From Ascidiella aspersa (lineage: Eukaryota): a stretch of 64,000 bases of DNA. The notes beneath the pieces are model-generated. The model was given only the letters and a program-made list of their open reading frames with translations. It did not search any database and was not told where the DNA came from. This document shows, piece by piece, positions 12,353 through 26,919 of this stretch. Both the position numbers and the translations under genes were made by a program. Each line of letters starts with the position of its first letter. The first letter of the stretch is position 1. The stretch covers positions 11,160,001 through 11,224,000 of the forward strand of contig OZ004609.1 in assembly GCA_963924565.1 (NCBI GenBank), in the 5' to 3' direction.

Positions 12353-15300
12353 TTATCTTGATCCGCCGCAGCAGGCGTTTTTGCGCGGTGTCAACTCGTC
12401 ACTTTCGGCGAGCGAAAGCACGCTCTCTCGCTGCTCGTCTTCCAGTTTGGTAAGCTCGCAGGCAAAGCTGGTCATGCTGTCGTTGATGCGCTCACCCGAC
12501 TTGGCGCTGGTCTCCGAGAACTTGGCGCCGTACTCTTCGGCGAGCTTGACCCCCTCGTTGGGCATCACCTGGCGTCGAAAACACAGCAAATTAAACGAGG
12601 GTCGGCGGTTTGCAGTGCCTATAGCCAAGCTTCGGACTGCCTTCAGTTTTGTAGGTTTTTTAAAAGTGATTTACCCCTGGTGCAAATGTAAAAAAAACGT
12701 GTAAGGGCGGTTTAGAATCTCACCCTTTACCCCATGGCTAAACACAAAACAAGCTGGATAGTTGTTGAAACAGTATTTTGAATACACTGTTAGCTTTATC
12801 TTCGTTCTTAAATTTTCGATGGGAGATGGCTGTTGCCTATTTGTTGCTCCTGCTTTAAAAATTCGAGCCACAATGCTTTCATTTTGCAGGTTATACCCAG
12901 TTGTACTACTCTGTAAACAAATTTGGTTTTCAGGATATGTTTCGAATATTTAAAGCGTCCGCGAAGGTTACGTATTCTTGATATTAAAAAATATTTCAAA
13001 TATACTTGAGTTAGCTTGAGACCCTTAGGTGATTGGTCAACATTACCTTCATCAGGTGTAAATAGTTTACAACTAGTATTTTGTCTCACCTGTCGAGCCT
13101 TTTCTGTGGCTATATCGCACTTGTTTCCAAGTAAAAGGATCACTGCGGTCGGATCGGCACCTTCCTAAACAAGCGTTTGTAACGGTAATTACTATTGCAA
13201 ATTTTTCGAAATCATTACGTTGTTACGTTGTCATTACGTTGTTATTACTAAATTGGCTACATTTAATGTTGTGTTAATAATGAACAAGTTGTTATGCGAA
13301 ACGGTAACAAAACGCTACCTATTTCTAAACGGGCATTAATATTGTTTTTCTAGCAGTAATACTATTTTGACATTACACGATATTTTAACATTACACGAAA
13401 AGAAAAATGAAAAACCCATAAAAACTTCTCAAGCCAACAGTTCCCTTCAAAAATAAATGAGGCTTTAAATCCTTAAAACGCAGAATTTTTAGTATTTACA
13501 GATCCGTTCATAACGACAAATCTTTACCGCTAATTTTATTGCTCCTAGTGCTCCCATATTTTCAGCTTACCTGAACGCTTTGCATCCAGTTCCTCACGGC
13601 CAGGAAGCTCTTTTCGTTTGTGACGTCATACATGACGATGATTCCATCCGCCTTGCGGAAATACTGCCGCGTGATGCTCCGGTACCGTTCCTGGCCTGCT
13701 GTGTCCCACAGCTGCATGGCTATCGACTGGTCGTTGACGTTGACTGTTTTTACCTGGCGTGGTTGACAAAGGGAAATTATAAATAATATAAAATGTGTTC
13801 GAAAAGACGCGTTTCACTTAACACAGCGATGATTTAGTCCAGGGTTTCCCAAACTGTGGTCCGCGGACCACTGGTGGTCCGCGACGACTGCACAGGTGGT
13901 CCGTGACGATATGACAAGAAATTAAAAAGTTACACATATGTGTTGTACAGCAGGGGTTGGCAACCTACGGCCCGTGGGCCGGATCCGGCCCACGAATGTA
14001 ATTTATCCTTTGACAAACTAGACACGAGTCCATTTCTCATACTTTTTGACTATTTTAACTATGTAAGTGCGAAAAATTTTCGTGCTTTGCGTTAACGATC
14101 TTTATACACCAGGTTTGTTTACATTTTGATGCTGTCATTTGAACTAAATTAGCTCTTCTTTCGCTGTAGAAGACTGACTGCCAAAGTGCGTCGCGTACAA
14201 ACGGAAAACGTGTTCCAAAATATTGGACATACATTTTTTATTTTTGAAATGTAATAAAAACTGGCAAGAAATTTTAAAGAAATGCCGGTATATCCCCCAA
14301 AAAAAATCGCGCTCGCCTCGCTCGCCTCGCTCGCCAGGTGCGCCCGGACTTAAATACAGTATGTTAACAAACACTAAACTAGATTAACCATTAAGGTTAT
14401 CGCGTTTTCCCAAAGTGGTTTTATTAAACTTTTCAATATGAATAACGACGTGTGAACTCGAATTTTGAACCTAACAAACGCTTTTTGTCTCGCTTTGCGC
14501 CAACACTTCCTTAAAAGTAACTAAACACGTAAGTGCAAAAACATATCCGAAGCCCGCCTGATTAACAGTTGTTCTAACATTTTAATAACATAATTCTTAG
14601 TTAACATTTTGTGCGGCCCACAGAGACCTTTCTGAGTTTGGTTTTAGCCCGCGACTAGAAAAAGTTTGCCGAACCCTGTTGTACGGTATGTGTACTCTTT
14701 CAAAAATAATTAAATTGTCGCAGTTATTCACAACTTATTGGTTTCGAAAGCTTTTGCTATCCAGTATCGTAAATCTTACTTGTTGCGCTTTGAATTTATG
14801 ATGAATTAATGATTTAAGCAGAGGGAAGCAATCTCATCCGTCCCATTATGTTGTCAGTTTTGTAAATATATAAAATTTGGTTTTATTTATTTTTTGCTTC
14901 GTATTGCGGTCCGCGAAAAAACAGATTCACAAATAGTGGTCCGTGGTCCAAAAAAGTTTGGGAAACCCTGATTTAGTCAACACTGCACACAAACAGATTT
15001 AACCAAGTTCAAATAGAAAAATCGATATACCTTATTTTAACAAGCTAATGATGTTCACTAACTCAAGTTCATAAGCATTTTAGCGATGCTGAAGCCAAGA
15101 AAAAAATCAACGTCTAAAATTAGTTTTATAACAACCCAGTGTACTATATAAACATCTACTGTGCTATCAAAAAACTAACAAAACAAACAAGTAACATTCA
15201 GGAAATGCCAATAAGCCAAAAAACAATTAAAATAAACCTAACTTTTAAATATTCATGTTGGTAAACGTCAAACGGCCTTGTGATACAACTCGATAAAGTA

Positions 15301-18300
15301 AGGTGGGTCACCTGATAGTCGACGCCGATCGTGGAAGATATTTGGTCGGAGAATTTTCCATTGACGAACTGTTGGATAAAACTCGTTTTGCCGACTCCGC
15401 TGTTCCCAACAAAAACGATTTTATAAACGCGGTCCGGTTCGTAGCTTACTGTATCTGAAAGCAAATAAAAAAGAGTTTGGATTAACAAAATGAACGTAAT
15501 TCAAAAGGTGTGATACGTGATAAACAAGTGTACAAGGTAATATGTTGGTCTATAATGATTAATTGTAAAAGACAGTAAATGTAAAATGATACTTCATCTG
15601 TTTAATTTGACAACTGTTCTATTTTATGTCAAAAAAGGTAAGATTTTTCACGCTCACTTTGGATTAAAAGCTTTATTCCCAAAGTAGATATTAGGCGTGA
15701 TATTCCTGGCGTCCTGACGTTCTTGATGCACTATTTTATTGGTTCTTAAGAGTATAAAAATAACTTAAATCATGCTGTGTCCCATTAATATCGACTGTCT
15801 TTGTCGCACAACAAAGGTTTTGCACTTACACTGGTTCGTAACACCGTGCAATCCGTCTACGGCCGTTTTTGACTCTCCCTCGTCGCTAGACGAATGCGCC
15901 GGCGAGTGCGGATTCTTGGAGAGTTTTCGGTAAAAGCGAGCGCGCGCCTTACGCTCCTGTTCCAGCCTCCGTTTGGAGTTTGCTGATGGAGAAGTCCTCC
16001 TCTTTTCGGGCAAATCCGCGGTACCGTTGCCGCCGCTTGCTCTCCTGGCGGGCGACATCTCACCCTTTCTCCTCCGGCTCGATTTCTTCCTCGCTCCCTT
16101 TCTCTTTTCTCCGCTCGCGGCGGAGGAGGCTTGTGAGTCGGCGGTGGTGGAGGAGCTTAGTTGATCCTCCACGTCGTTTCCTCCGCTCTGGACCTTGTCG
16201 CCCACCGAGTCCTCTTGGCTCTCGTCCAGGATCGCGCTTTGCATAAGTTCGGACACTGCACTGCGGAGATGTAACGTATCAAGTATGAGACAACCGTATA
16301 CCAAAAGAGCAAGGAAGCTGTAAGAATAAAACATTTGCTAAAAAGGAAAAATTGGACCACTAAATCAGTGGTGATGAGAATACACAATTACTGCAAACAA
16401 CACTAGCAAGAGGAAAACGCAAACATGGGCGCCCCTACGGGGGCCCTTTGGAATTTTAAAAGGCGATTATTAGTATTGTTTATAGGTGTCAATTTTGGGT
16501 TAAATTATGTGTATATATTTCATCTTGACTGTGGGCTTCTCTAAACACAAAACACCTGTCGGCGATTTGCAATTTGTCCACGTTTGTCATAGACTTTGTT
16601 AATATGTGGCTGTACGTTTTACAAGTTTGTATATCTCAAAATCTATTTGCGTATGTATATCTGTAAATCTATACACTTTTGTATAACTGTGATCTAACCA
16701 AAGTCGTACCGACTATTCGACTAACGCTAACGCCGTACATATCAACAAAGTGTGAGCTACCAGATTTATAAGCATAAGCATGCCTTGTATATGGCACGTC
16801 CGGTTGAAAGGAAGTGATTTCAACAAAACGAAAAAGTTAGTCTAACACAACTTGTGTAACGTTTGACATTTCCTAGCCAGAACAACAGAAGTCTGCAACC
16901 GACAGTTTGGTTTCTGTGGCATTACATGTCTTATAGTGGAAAAATTATGCATAAAAGTATATTAGTTTAATAGAATGAAGAGGTGGCATTTTTCCACTTT
17001 AGAGTTTTTACGAAAAATAGTTTACATCTAACCTTCCTTAAATTTAGTTTATACATTATAGGCATAAATATAGGTTTGTGTTGCGACAGCCCGCGTTTCA
17101 TCAGACAACATTTTACGATTATTAAGTAATAGGACACTATTCGCCGACCAACAGAGTAAACGGTAAAATATGGTGACGGAATGAACAGTTTGCAATAAGA
17201 GCAGCCAAGCAGTAAACCATCTCTTACTTTGAGTTTTCGGGAAAATACTTTCCAACGTTAGAACCGCGAGTAAACAGTTGCTTTGGGGTAGACGTCTGCT
17301 GCGTTGGTGTGACGTCATGACGATGCTGTGAGAAACACTAGTTGTTTTCATATTAGCCGAAAAGAGAAACAGTTTGTCAATACAGAGAGGTGTAGAAATG
17401 TGACAAAGAACAGCATTAATGCATTTTTTTTATTTGCGTTTAAGATTTACCGAAAAAGACATAAATTCGAAATATACCCGGCTTTAATTTAAATACAAAA
17501 ACGAGTATAAAATACTTCACTCGGAACAAACATTGAGCGTGTCAGGGCTCCTTTATTTTAAAATGCTAACTTCTGTTTGTAGATATTTGTTTTACCAAAA
17601 GTTAAGCAATTTGCAACAAGATAATCCCCATAATAAATTTACGGCACATATAATTACACAGCAAAGTAGACAATTTATCAACTTAAAATTTATTCTTGAA
17701 CCAAAATAAAAAATAAATCATTAAATTGGGGCAAATTTACTAACCATACTGCGTTCCATCAACGCTTCATCTTTATCGTCACGAAGCTTTCTGTTCACGC
17801 TTCTGTAAAATACGGTTTCACACCTCTCAAAATTTAGGTCCATAATATGTATTGCTAAGTAATTGTACGTGCTTATATCGGCTACTGCAAAAGCGGAGTC
17901 AATCAAACGAACGCTAACGGTCAATTAAATTGATCACTTTCAGAAACTGTGGTTTGTCATGTTTTTTCTTTGAAATAAATCAATAGTACTTCGCATCATT
18001 CAAAATCACGTGATTGAAAATGTGGTGTGACTTTATAGAATTTAATGTCAGTAAAGTGATAAACAGTTAAAGTTGTGGTCCCCGCAAACAAGTGTGTCAC
18101 TTAACAAACTATATTATTATTATTATTATTATTATTAAAATCTTTAATAAGGCCAGCCTTTTGAAGACTGTTTTATCAGTGTTATTAGTCGTTTTTACAA
18201 AATGGTCAGCAAAAGCAACATCCTAATATTTTGACGTCTGCTGCGCTATTGCTCTAAAGCCCTAAAGCGACTTTTAAATATGTGTTGGTAACGCCATTTA

Positions 18301-21300
18301 TTATTGCATTGTGCGGTTTTAATGGTTTACAGATATATATGTCACTTTCGAATAGATTTGAGTTCCACCGGACGTTTCACTGTGTTTATGTCCGTAATAA
18401 CGAAAACATGATACCACAGGGGGCGCGTATACCAAATGCTCAATCCCGTAAAATCAATTGCTTGGTCCTCAGAGTATCTCGTCGAACCTGAGGATGTCCA
18501 GCTGTTTAAGCAAGCTCTTCTTCTCGAGATCCAACTTTCTCGCCTCCTCCTCGGCCACTTTCGATTCCTCTTGGCTCTCCCGCTGATGCTTGATGGTTGC
18601 CATGTGAACGCGCGTGGACTCGAGGTCACGTTGTGCCAGCTCAAGGTCCTCCATCAGACTCTGGTTGAGCTGGGAACGCATAATTTTTATTCGAAAACAA
18701 ATCTTAATGGCATTATCTCGGTATGCCTTGTTTGATATTTAACCCACTCGGTTACTCGCTGCGGTATAACTTAATACAGTGTTTCCCAATCAATGGGTCG
18801 CGACCCACAATTGGGTTTCTGTTTGATTAGGTTGGGTCGCGTGGCTGAAGTAGTTTTATATGGTTGGATTAATTGAGATTACTTCTCAGCAAAATTGGTT
18901 TTAAAATTCACAAAAATTGCGGAAGTAATACGACGGCTTTATCCGTATTTATTGAAATTGACTTTAATATTGCTACTGTCCTGTTTTTTCTTTGTTAACT
19001 TTAGGCTTATGAAAAGTCAAAGCTTCGCTGTCGCCGCGAAAAAAGTTAAAAAACACTGACTTAATGTGTTTAACAAAGTAGAATCGATTTAATAATTCGT
19101 GTTGTACGGTAATGTCGGATCGGTGATATCCGATAACATGTTGTATTATCGGTAGTCATACGATATATAGGGTGGTATCAGGAATAGCATGGTGATATCC
19201 GATACCAAATTAATTTTAACAATTCAGCTATGTATGGTCTGCGACTTAACGAATATTTTCCACTTTAAAAGGTTATCTTTAAAAAGTAGCAAGAAATGGC
19301 AACTTAATTAAACAACTAGAAACAATGACGTTTGCACGTTTAGTTTTAATTATAGTTTTGCTTATTTTTAGACCATAGTTATAATGACATTAGGTGTCAG
19401 ATCGGGAGTATACTTTGCCTAAATGTCAGGTATCGGCATCGGCATAAACTACGTTACAGATATCCTGATTTATAAGACATAAGTCGATTTGTGAAGCATG
19501 GGCATATGGAGATCAAAGATAATGCAACAAATCCAGTTTATTTGACGCATTCTATAGGCTGTAGGGCGCAACGGCGCAGACGGTTAACGGTGTTTGATGC
19601 ATAATAGCCTTGACAAAAACTATAGATTGCTTGGGAAATTAGGTTGGAAACAAAAATGTGTAAACTGAAACGTTCAACAAGCTTAACCTATTATTGACAT
19701 GGATTTTGCGATCAACCTGTACAAGTATAAAACATATAAAAGCTGTTTGACTCTGTGAATCTGATATCACTTCGCCTACAATATAACGTAGTGAATCAAG
19801 CACTTCAAAACATATGTTAAGACATTTTAAACAAATATGGGTCTCGTCCATAAGAGTCCTTTCCTATAGGTTATCGTTACCAAATATAGCTACAGAGATA
19901 CCATTTCTTGCATGAACTATGTTCCATCGACTGCGCTGTAATGTATAATCAATTATCCACCTTGTTGACTGCAAATTGCCTTCCCATATCATCCGAACAT
20001 ATGCTATATATCTTAATACCCTACGGAATACTTTCCTAATCAGTAATTCAATAAAATACTGTAAATACATTTAGTATATAAGATAGAACGGGAGTATACA
20101 TTGGGACAAACATAAAACACCTATTTCAATCAGAAAATAATTAATTAAAGCTACCAGGCATTCTTTTATTTTACGTCGTACATAGATAATGTTGCAACGT
20201 TACTTTTAATGTATTAGTTGCGCCTGACCAATTTTAAAAGATATCATTGTAACCAGCATTCAGTAAATTGATATTATTCATCGAAATACAAGATAAACAA
20301 GACAGCTGTTAAAATGTGACATGTACTCTTGCATAGGTGCAATTGTATCAAAAGTATGTCTAACAATTTTCAAAAGTGTTTCACTACTCCTCAACAAAAA
20401 TACTGCAAAAATGTTTCCTTCTAACTCACGTTGATCTTAATTAAAACGCAGAGCCTACGCACAGTTAGGCCAACGTTCGCCTGAATCAAACATCATCGAA
20501 ACTCAAAGGGCTTTTACGAAAAGTGCCGCTGATTGTTAAGCCTCAACACTGCTAACAAAAGCGTGGACAGCACTGAAAGAGTTACGCCCTTCCCCTTCCG
20601 CTTACCTGCAGCAGCTGCGAGTTTTCGCTTTTCACTTCCTTTTCGCCGCAGCTCAGGTTGGCGATCTGCGTTTCGAGCGTGCGTTGTCGGTCGGCGACTT
20701 CCTGTAGCTGGTGCTCCTTGTCCTGCAGCTTGCTTTGCAGGGCACTGGACAGCGCTCGCTCGCGTTGCACTGCGTCGAAAATCGATCGATATACCCCGGT
20801 TAGAAATGCCTTCTTTTCGCCGTCGCCGCAGTTGTAAAGCAACGGGGACCGGCGGTCGATAAATCTTAGCTTTATTATCTTGCCGTGGGAATATCGCGGC
20901 GTTCTGTGCTCAGCTGTGCGCGACCAAACGCACAGGGCTCGAAAATAGGGCGGGGACGCCGGGAATTTCGAACACTGCTTGGCAGACTTAGACAAATATG
21001 TGCTTGTTCAATCGAAACAATAGATTAGGCTTAAACTCGAGCTTTTCAGTTTAATAAGATTATAATTAGCAAGGTGCCGAAGTCGCAAAATTTTCCATAA
21101 ACTAAGAATTACACTGAAACTCGAACTAGAACTATATCTATTAAAGTTTAGTTCAATTTTCAGTCCACCCAGAATTAGACACACTCGCGAATTAATCAAA
21201 TATAAATATAAGTAGCAATAATGTACGGTACTGCTTTGATGTTTCAGGTCGCACAATTTTGTTAAAAACTCGCTCTGAATAAAATATCGAAAACGCTTCG

Positions 21301-24300
21301 ACGAAAGAATGGCAAAATAGGAAATTAAATACAACAAAATTAACCGCACAAAACCTAAATAGTTTGGAAGAAGAACTGCTTTTAGCTGTCAAATCGAAAA
21401 TTTAGAGATGTATATTTGTCTAAGCCTACTTCCGACCAAATTAAGCGGACAGCCGAATTAACAGTAACGCTTTAAAAGGGTCGTATTGGTACCTTCGTCG
21501 CTTACGGTCTTGGTCCGTTCCTCGCTGATTTGCTTCTCCATCTCCTCGTACAGTTGCCGGACTTCGTCCTCGTGTGACATTGCTCGCCTGCAAATAAAGT
21601 GCAGACTAAAGACGACGTTTAAACGCGATCGTTGCCCACCAAACTGCCTGAGCGGCCAGTGAGACGACATGGCACTTTTTCAATCTCAGCCTTCTCACAT
21701 GTCAGTTTTCGCACTATACCGCGACGATTGTATTTCAGGCAGCGCACGACTAAACGAAGCCAGGTTGTGCGTCACGGCAAACTAACGTCAATAGGGTCTC
21801 TAAACCTTGACTTTCACTTGTTTGGTTGTAGCGTATGAAAGTTGCCTATATTAGGTTACATTGTATATAATACCACTGGAACTGAATTACAAGTATAGTT
21901 CGAAATGTCACACGGAACGTTATTCTATTAGATTTGCGCCTATATAATGCCCTTTTATAAGGAAATGAAAACACGACTTAAAAACCTGGAGGCAAATCAA
22001 ACATTTTATGCCACTCAATTGGATATAATTAGTTATACCTGATTGATTGTCTCAGAATAAGTTGCAGAATAACCGGTTTTAAGTAGGATTAAGAAATATG
22101 AAAATTGTTAAATAATACACTTTAAAATATCGTTATTGGCGTTGTAGACTTGAATAAGCAAGGGCTTCAAAAATCTAGATAATTTCGCTTTTCTTTAGCG
22201 TCAATCAAGGTATTCTGTACAGCTGCACTCTCGCGACTGTCAAGTACGTTTTGTTAAGTCGACTCACTCTTTCAGCATTCGCTCTAGCGCCGACTTCTCG
22301 CTCTTGGCCGTTGTCATTTCGTGCACGACAAGGTGAATGAAGTCCTCGACGGTGGTGGACATGTCGTCACCGTCCCGCAATCGATGGCACAGGTCCAGTA
22401 TAGCTCTTTCGTTTCCCCTGTGAACAACGTGGCGGCGTGACCCTAATGCTCGCTCAAAACAACGGGTCTTTACTGCTTGCTTGCTGGGGAAGCAGTCTGC
22501 CATATGCAGGCCGAAGACCCGTTGTAATGCAGCACGACTCCAGGAAAAGGCGCAAAGAGGATGTAGATGTTACACGTGACCAGCTGTGGGATTGGAACGC
22601 GGCCCTAGAGCCCTGCCTTTGTTTATTACACTTACGCAACAAAATGGAAAGACGAACGAGAAATAAAAAATAGCACCTATCAGGAAGCGACAGGTTGGGC
22701 TAAAGACCAGCCCACTTCACTTGAATTTTTTTGCAAAGATTTTCAGAAGCACTTTAAAGCAGACTACTCAAAATGTTTTATCGACTTTATCATAAAAACA
22801 AACACAGAAAGCGTCGGTAATCTCTTTGCATACTTACAACGATATATAACGAACCGTGCACATAACAATAAATCAATTCAACAAATCATTGCCAACACAA
22901 GTTCCAAACAGGAGAGTTACAGGAGCCCTGCCTTTTGTTCAGCCATGTCTTACTTTTCCAGCGAATGCGCTGACACCAGACGACTGATGACGTCACGCAG
23001 GTGCGTATCGGACGCTTCATGAGGTTCATCGTTGACAAAACCGGCGCTGTAGATGTCGCTGCCGTCCACCTCGTCGCTCACGTTTGCTGATGAGTCGCCT
23101 GGATAGTTTAGCCCACAAAATCCACCTGAATATATAACAAAAAATCTTTGCTGGTGAAACAGCAAGGTTAGACAGAATCAGGATTGGTTTAACTTTCAGA
23201 AGATAACAGATATGAACGTATACTTTGGTATACCGTAACGCAGAACTTAAACAAACTTTTCCATCAGCGATCCTTTTTAATGTAATAAAATTATTTTCGA
23301 ACCTTTCACAGTAATTAAAACAACATTTGGATTTGTATACTTCTCTTTGAATGTATTGTAACGCAGCTCAGTAATTTAGTTGATATGGACGGGTCGTGAG
23401 TTCGAATCTAACCAGAGGCTATCCATATCCTTAGGTTGCCTATACACGAAGTTTTTATTAATAGGTCTGATTTTAGGTAAGTACACAGAAGCCCCGATGC
23501 CTTTGGGAATAAAAATAAAGACAGTGGGAAATATGAAAAGAATATCAACAAACCAAAGCCTTGGCAGAATTCGTCGAATGTAAGGTATCCGTTTCCGTCA
23601 TTGTCAAGGTTGTCAAACACGACTAGTAGTTCGTCGTCGGTCAGTGGTAATTCTCCATGTAAACGCTGATGAAACAAAGTTGTATTAAGTAAGGCGTTTT
23701 AGTATAATAATGCACGAAAATAATAATTTCGTGCATGTTGGTTGAAGATATACTTTAAAGTTCAGATTTTTGCGAAGTTACACATGTTGGTTTTACTTTT
23801 ACAACTCTGTTTATCGAGTTGTTTTATTTCCGACTGTTTATTTTTGCCGACGGTAAATATTTAAAATAATAGTGTTATCATTTAACGCAATCCTTGTAAA
23901 ATTTGATGTTTTATGATGTCATCCCTGAAAAAAAATGTCATGGAACATCCTGACCTATAAACAAAACTCCCGGTTTCTAGCCTGCTTAAAAGATTCATTA
24001 AGGTTCGATGCCTTTCATTTACATTAGTTATATTTCAATGTTCAAACCGAATTGCTAAAGAGCGCATATTATAAAATCAAACGAACGAGAAAGCGAACAA
24101 GCTACAGAAATAAAAATAATCCTCAGCGTTAGAGTTTAAATATATATGTTTATTATTATTTTAAACCAAGATGTTGTAAAAGAAGGCTTAAATTAGAAGT
24201 AAAATATTTTTATTCGCTATTTCTCGTTGCAGACAAGAGGGAGATGGCTTATTTCGCACGCAATGGCAAGTTGTATATAAAAAGACCTATGTGTACTGCT

Positions 24301-26919
24301 GTGTAAACATGACTTTTTCTACGATTTAACTTTATTAGAATGGTTTCTCATTAAACAGAACACTTTTTCGACAAACGAAGGTAGACTATTGAACTTCATT
24401 CAAGCTATAGTCACAAATCTAAATATAGCATTAGCTCAATTAAGAGGTAGATATTTCTTGTTCTTTGTCCTTGAGGCCTTGGATATACAACGAAATCAGT
24501 CAGTTACAAATTGTTTCGTTGTATAGGCCAATTACTCTTAGTTACAATAACGCTAAATGACATTGGCGTTCCTATAATAATGGGTTGTCTCTCTAAGCGC
24601 CCCTCGATTCATTCGATTGCGTGTAAATGAGAAATAAAGGCGTCGATTTTACTAATTTGTTTGTTTTACAAGAAACTAAATGTACACCTGATTAAACATG
24701 ACATAATATATTGCGTAAACCAGTGGTCGGCAAATTGTGGGCCGCAGAGACAATTTTAGTGGGCCGCGAGTTACTTTTGAATAGTTGAGTGTTATCATAT
24801 AGACGGCGTGATTGCCATACATTCATTGCACTTTATTTTAAAAGCTCGAGTGGCTTAGAATTTTTTATTGTCTCAGCGTGGTTCAGACCGACGTGCCAAA
24901 TGTGGTCCCGAGAGCCCGTTGAACTATATTATTTAGCAAATTTTAGCTATGTAAACGCAAAATTTTCCGCGCTTCGCGGATATATTCTTTGTTTTATGTT
25001 CTACATTATGGCGTGGCAGTGTTTTCATAGTGGTTTTACGTAGTGGGCCAAGAATTAGATGATGTCAAATTTTTTGTCAGCAGACCTCCCACATAAACGT
25101 TATCTGCTTTGTATGCAGATCGTAAAATTGTATCACGATTATTTCATTTTTCCGGCTTGCCGTTTCAAAATAAGCTCTGTAGGCGAAAATAGATAACCAG
25201 TTCGACCAACTGCATGGTGAGAAGTACAAAATCTCCTTTAACGCTATAGACGCACAAAAATCCTGTATTGAAAGTTGGTTTGCCTATATGCGCAAGGTAT
25301 TTTTAATCATCTTATAAAACAAGGACAAAATCAAAGGAAAACTGAGACTTTTAACATCACAGTGTTTCGGTTGACCTCACAATGTTTCGGTTGACGTTCT
25401 GTGTTTATGTTGTATTGCATATTTTATTGTTATATTAGGAAAAGAGACAATCAGAATAAAAAACAATTTAAAATGAGAGATCCGTTTCAAGTTGCCGCCA
25501 CACTGGCCAATTGGCATTTGTCCCTCTAATGTCGCGCTGCCCAAGGCACATGCCGCAAAGGCCTTATTAAGTAACACGGGCCTGCTCGTTGTACGACGCT
25601 AGCTTGTTATTAGTTCAGATATACGTCAAGTATGACAAAAAAATGAAAATTGTTTTAATCATACACCACCCCGTACTCTCTTCCTATACTGCAGTGATTC
25701 TAAATCTTTGTTAGACAACGTCACAGCGTTTGGGTGAACCAGGGGTTCCGAAAAACTCATTGAAACAAATTACATGTTTTGCTTTTGCAAATTTCATGTT
25801 AATAGAACGTTGCGAAATGACCACACCACACAATTAATTTCAATTGCAATGCTAAGAGGACATGGCCGAGAAGGGAGTATGTTATGTCTCACAAATATTG
25901 AAACATTTGCACCACCGACCAAAACCACAAATCGTTTACTACCTGTGTCAAAAAATGATTTTAATCTTTAAATGAAAAACACACAAAAAAATGTTTGGCG
26001 CCGTTGTATACATGCCGATCTATATGTTTGAAAAAAATTAAACATTGCATTTTTTTAGTGGCCATATAATTGTCAGAACCTCGTCTCTATTCGTAACGTT
26101 AGAGGGGACAGTTCATGGGTGCTGGCACACAGCCTACAAACAGACTGTTTTACGACAACATTGGAATGTGTGATTCGGAATCTTTTTATAGAACATTTTT
26201 TGTTGGCGTTATCCAGGCCAATATACACTTGATATGCGAGTTCCAGCGTTGTCGTGAATATGGGTACATTATATTTTTTATTCCGATAGCAATACCCGAT
26301 ATTTAGGACAAAAAGTTTCGCGATCCGATTCTATACCGAGTGAAAAAAACATTATTATGGTCAAAGAAGAAAAATAGGTGCAAATGGCCCTAACGTTTAA
26401 AGGCCTTTGTGCCAAGTTATTAGTCCAAGTATTTTGCGTTGAGAAGTTTAATTACCTTGATTTAAACCAATCATACTTAGATAAATCTATCTTTAAAGAT
26501 TTATTTGCTGTTTCGGTTTGTAAATTATACCTAAGATTTTTATGTTAATTTGGTATCGGATCGGCACCAATACCACCTTGGTATCAGTTGAGTACCAATA
26601 AGCATCGGGTATTTTCCATTTGGGTCGGTATCCTCCCAGTTCGATCCAATAATATCGGATGTGTAATTCCTCGGCCATGAATTGATAGGGTCTATATCTG
26701 GGGTAACTTTCAAACCCGAGCTTTGCTTAAAAGCTCTTCTGGTCAGGCTTAAAGCTTAACCGTAAACACATCAAGACTTACTTGCATGTCCAACCGGTTG
26801 ATGAAGCCCTTTCCCTCCTTGTCGCAAACCGCGAAAAGTTCCCCCGCCTTTTGCGCCACCATTTCTTGCAGTTCACCGCTCGAGGCATTCGCGCTTTCCT
26901 GTGACGTCATCACGTCCAT
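12353..26919 (-). CDS. CRACR2A: Large EF-hand + coiled-coil + Rab GTPase (CRACR2A/Rab46 - RAB44/RASEF family)
   Basis: Fourteen phase-consistent exons: 26919-26782, 23665-23554, 23125-22954, 22417-22268, 21587-21493, 20769-20606, 18669-18488, 17802-17745, 17325-17228, 16260-15830, 15454-15312, 13753-13571, 13164-13090, 12568-12353. EF-hands [23 protein letters not shown] and [14 protein letters not shown]; coiled coil [16 protein letters not shown]; Rab motifs [32 protein letters not shown]; C-terminal CC prenylation motif (ACCGGSR*). The start codon choice is uncertain. Confidence 0.9.
13840..14970. mobile_element. hAT-type MITE (outer element of a nested pair)
   Basis: TIR CAGGGTTTCCCAAACT / AGTTTGGGAAACCCTG; perfect TSD ATTTAGTC. 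Confidence 0.9.
13951..14678. mobile_element. hAT-type MITE nested inside 13840-14970
   Basis: TIR CAGGGGTTGGCAA / TTGCCGAACCCTG; TSD TTGTACAG/TTGTACGG. Inverted relative of 59080-59700. Confidence 0.88.
18112..18137. repeat. (TAT)n microsatellite
   Basis: About 8-9 TAT units. Confidence 0.85.
18777..19058. mobile_element. hAT-type MITE
   Basis: CAGTGTTT...AAACACTG ends, GGGTCGCG subterminal motifs, TSD ACTTAATA/ACTTAATG. Confidence 0.8.

Noticed and set aside
13015-13058. Hammerhead-like CTGATGA-aGGT...ACC on the minus strand in a CRACR2A intron
   Set aside because: The essential GAAA is replaced by TAAG and there is no stem I pairing; at best a dead relic.
19639-20070. Minus-strand peptide DETHICLKC resembling the C-terminal Cys/His motif of LINE ORF2
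   Set aside because: The similarity is too short and no RT motifs are nearby; it cannot be supported without a search.
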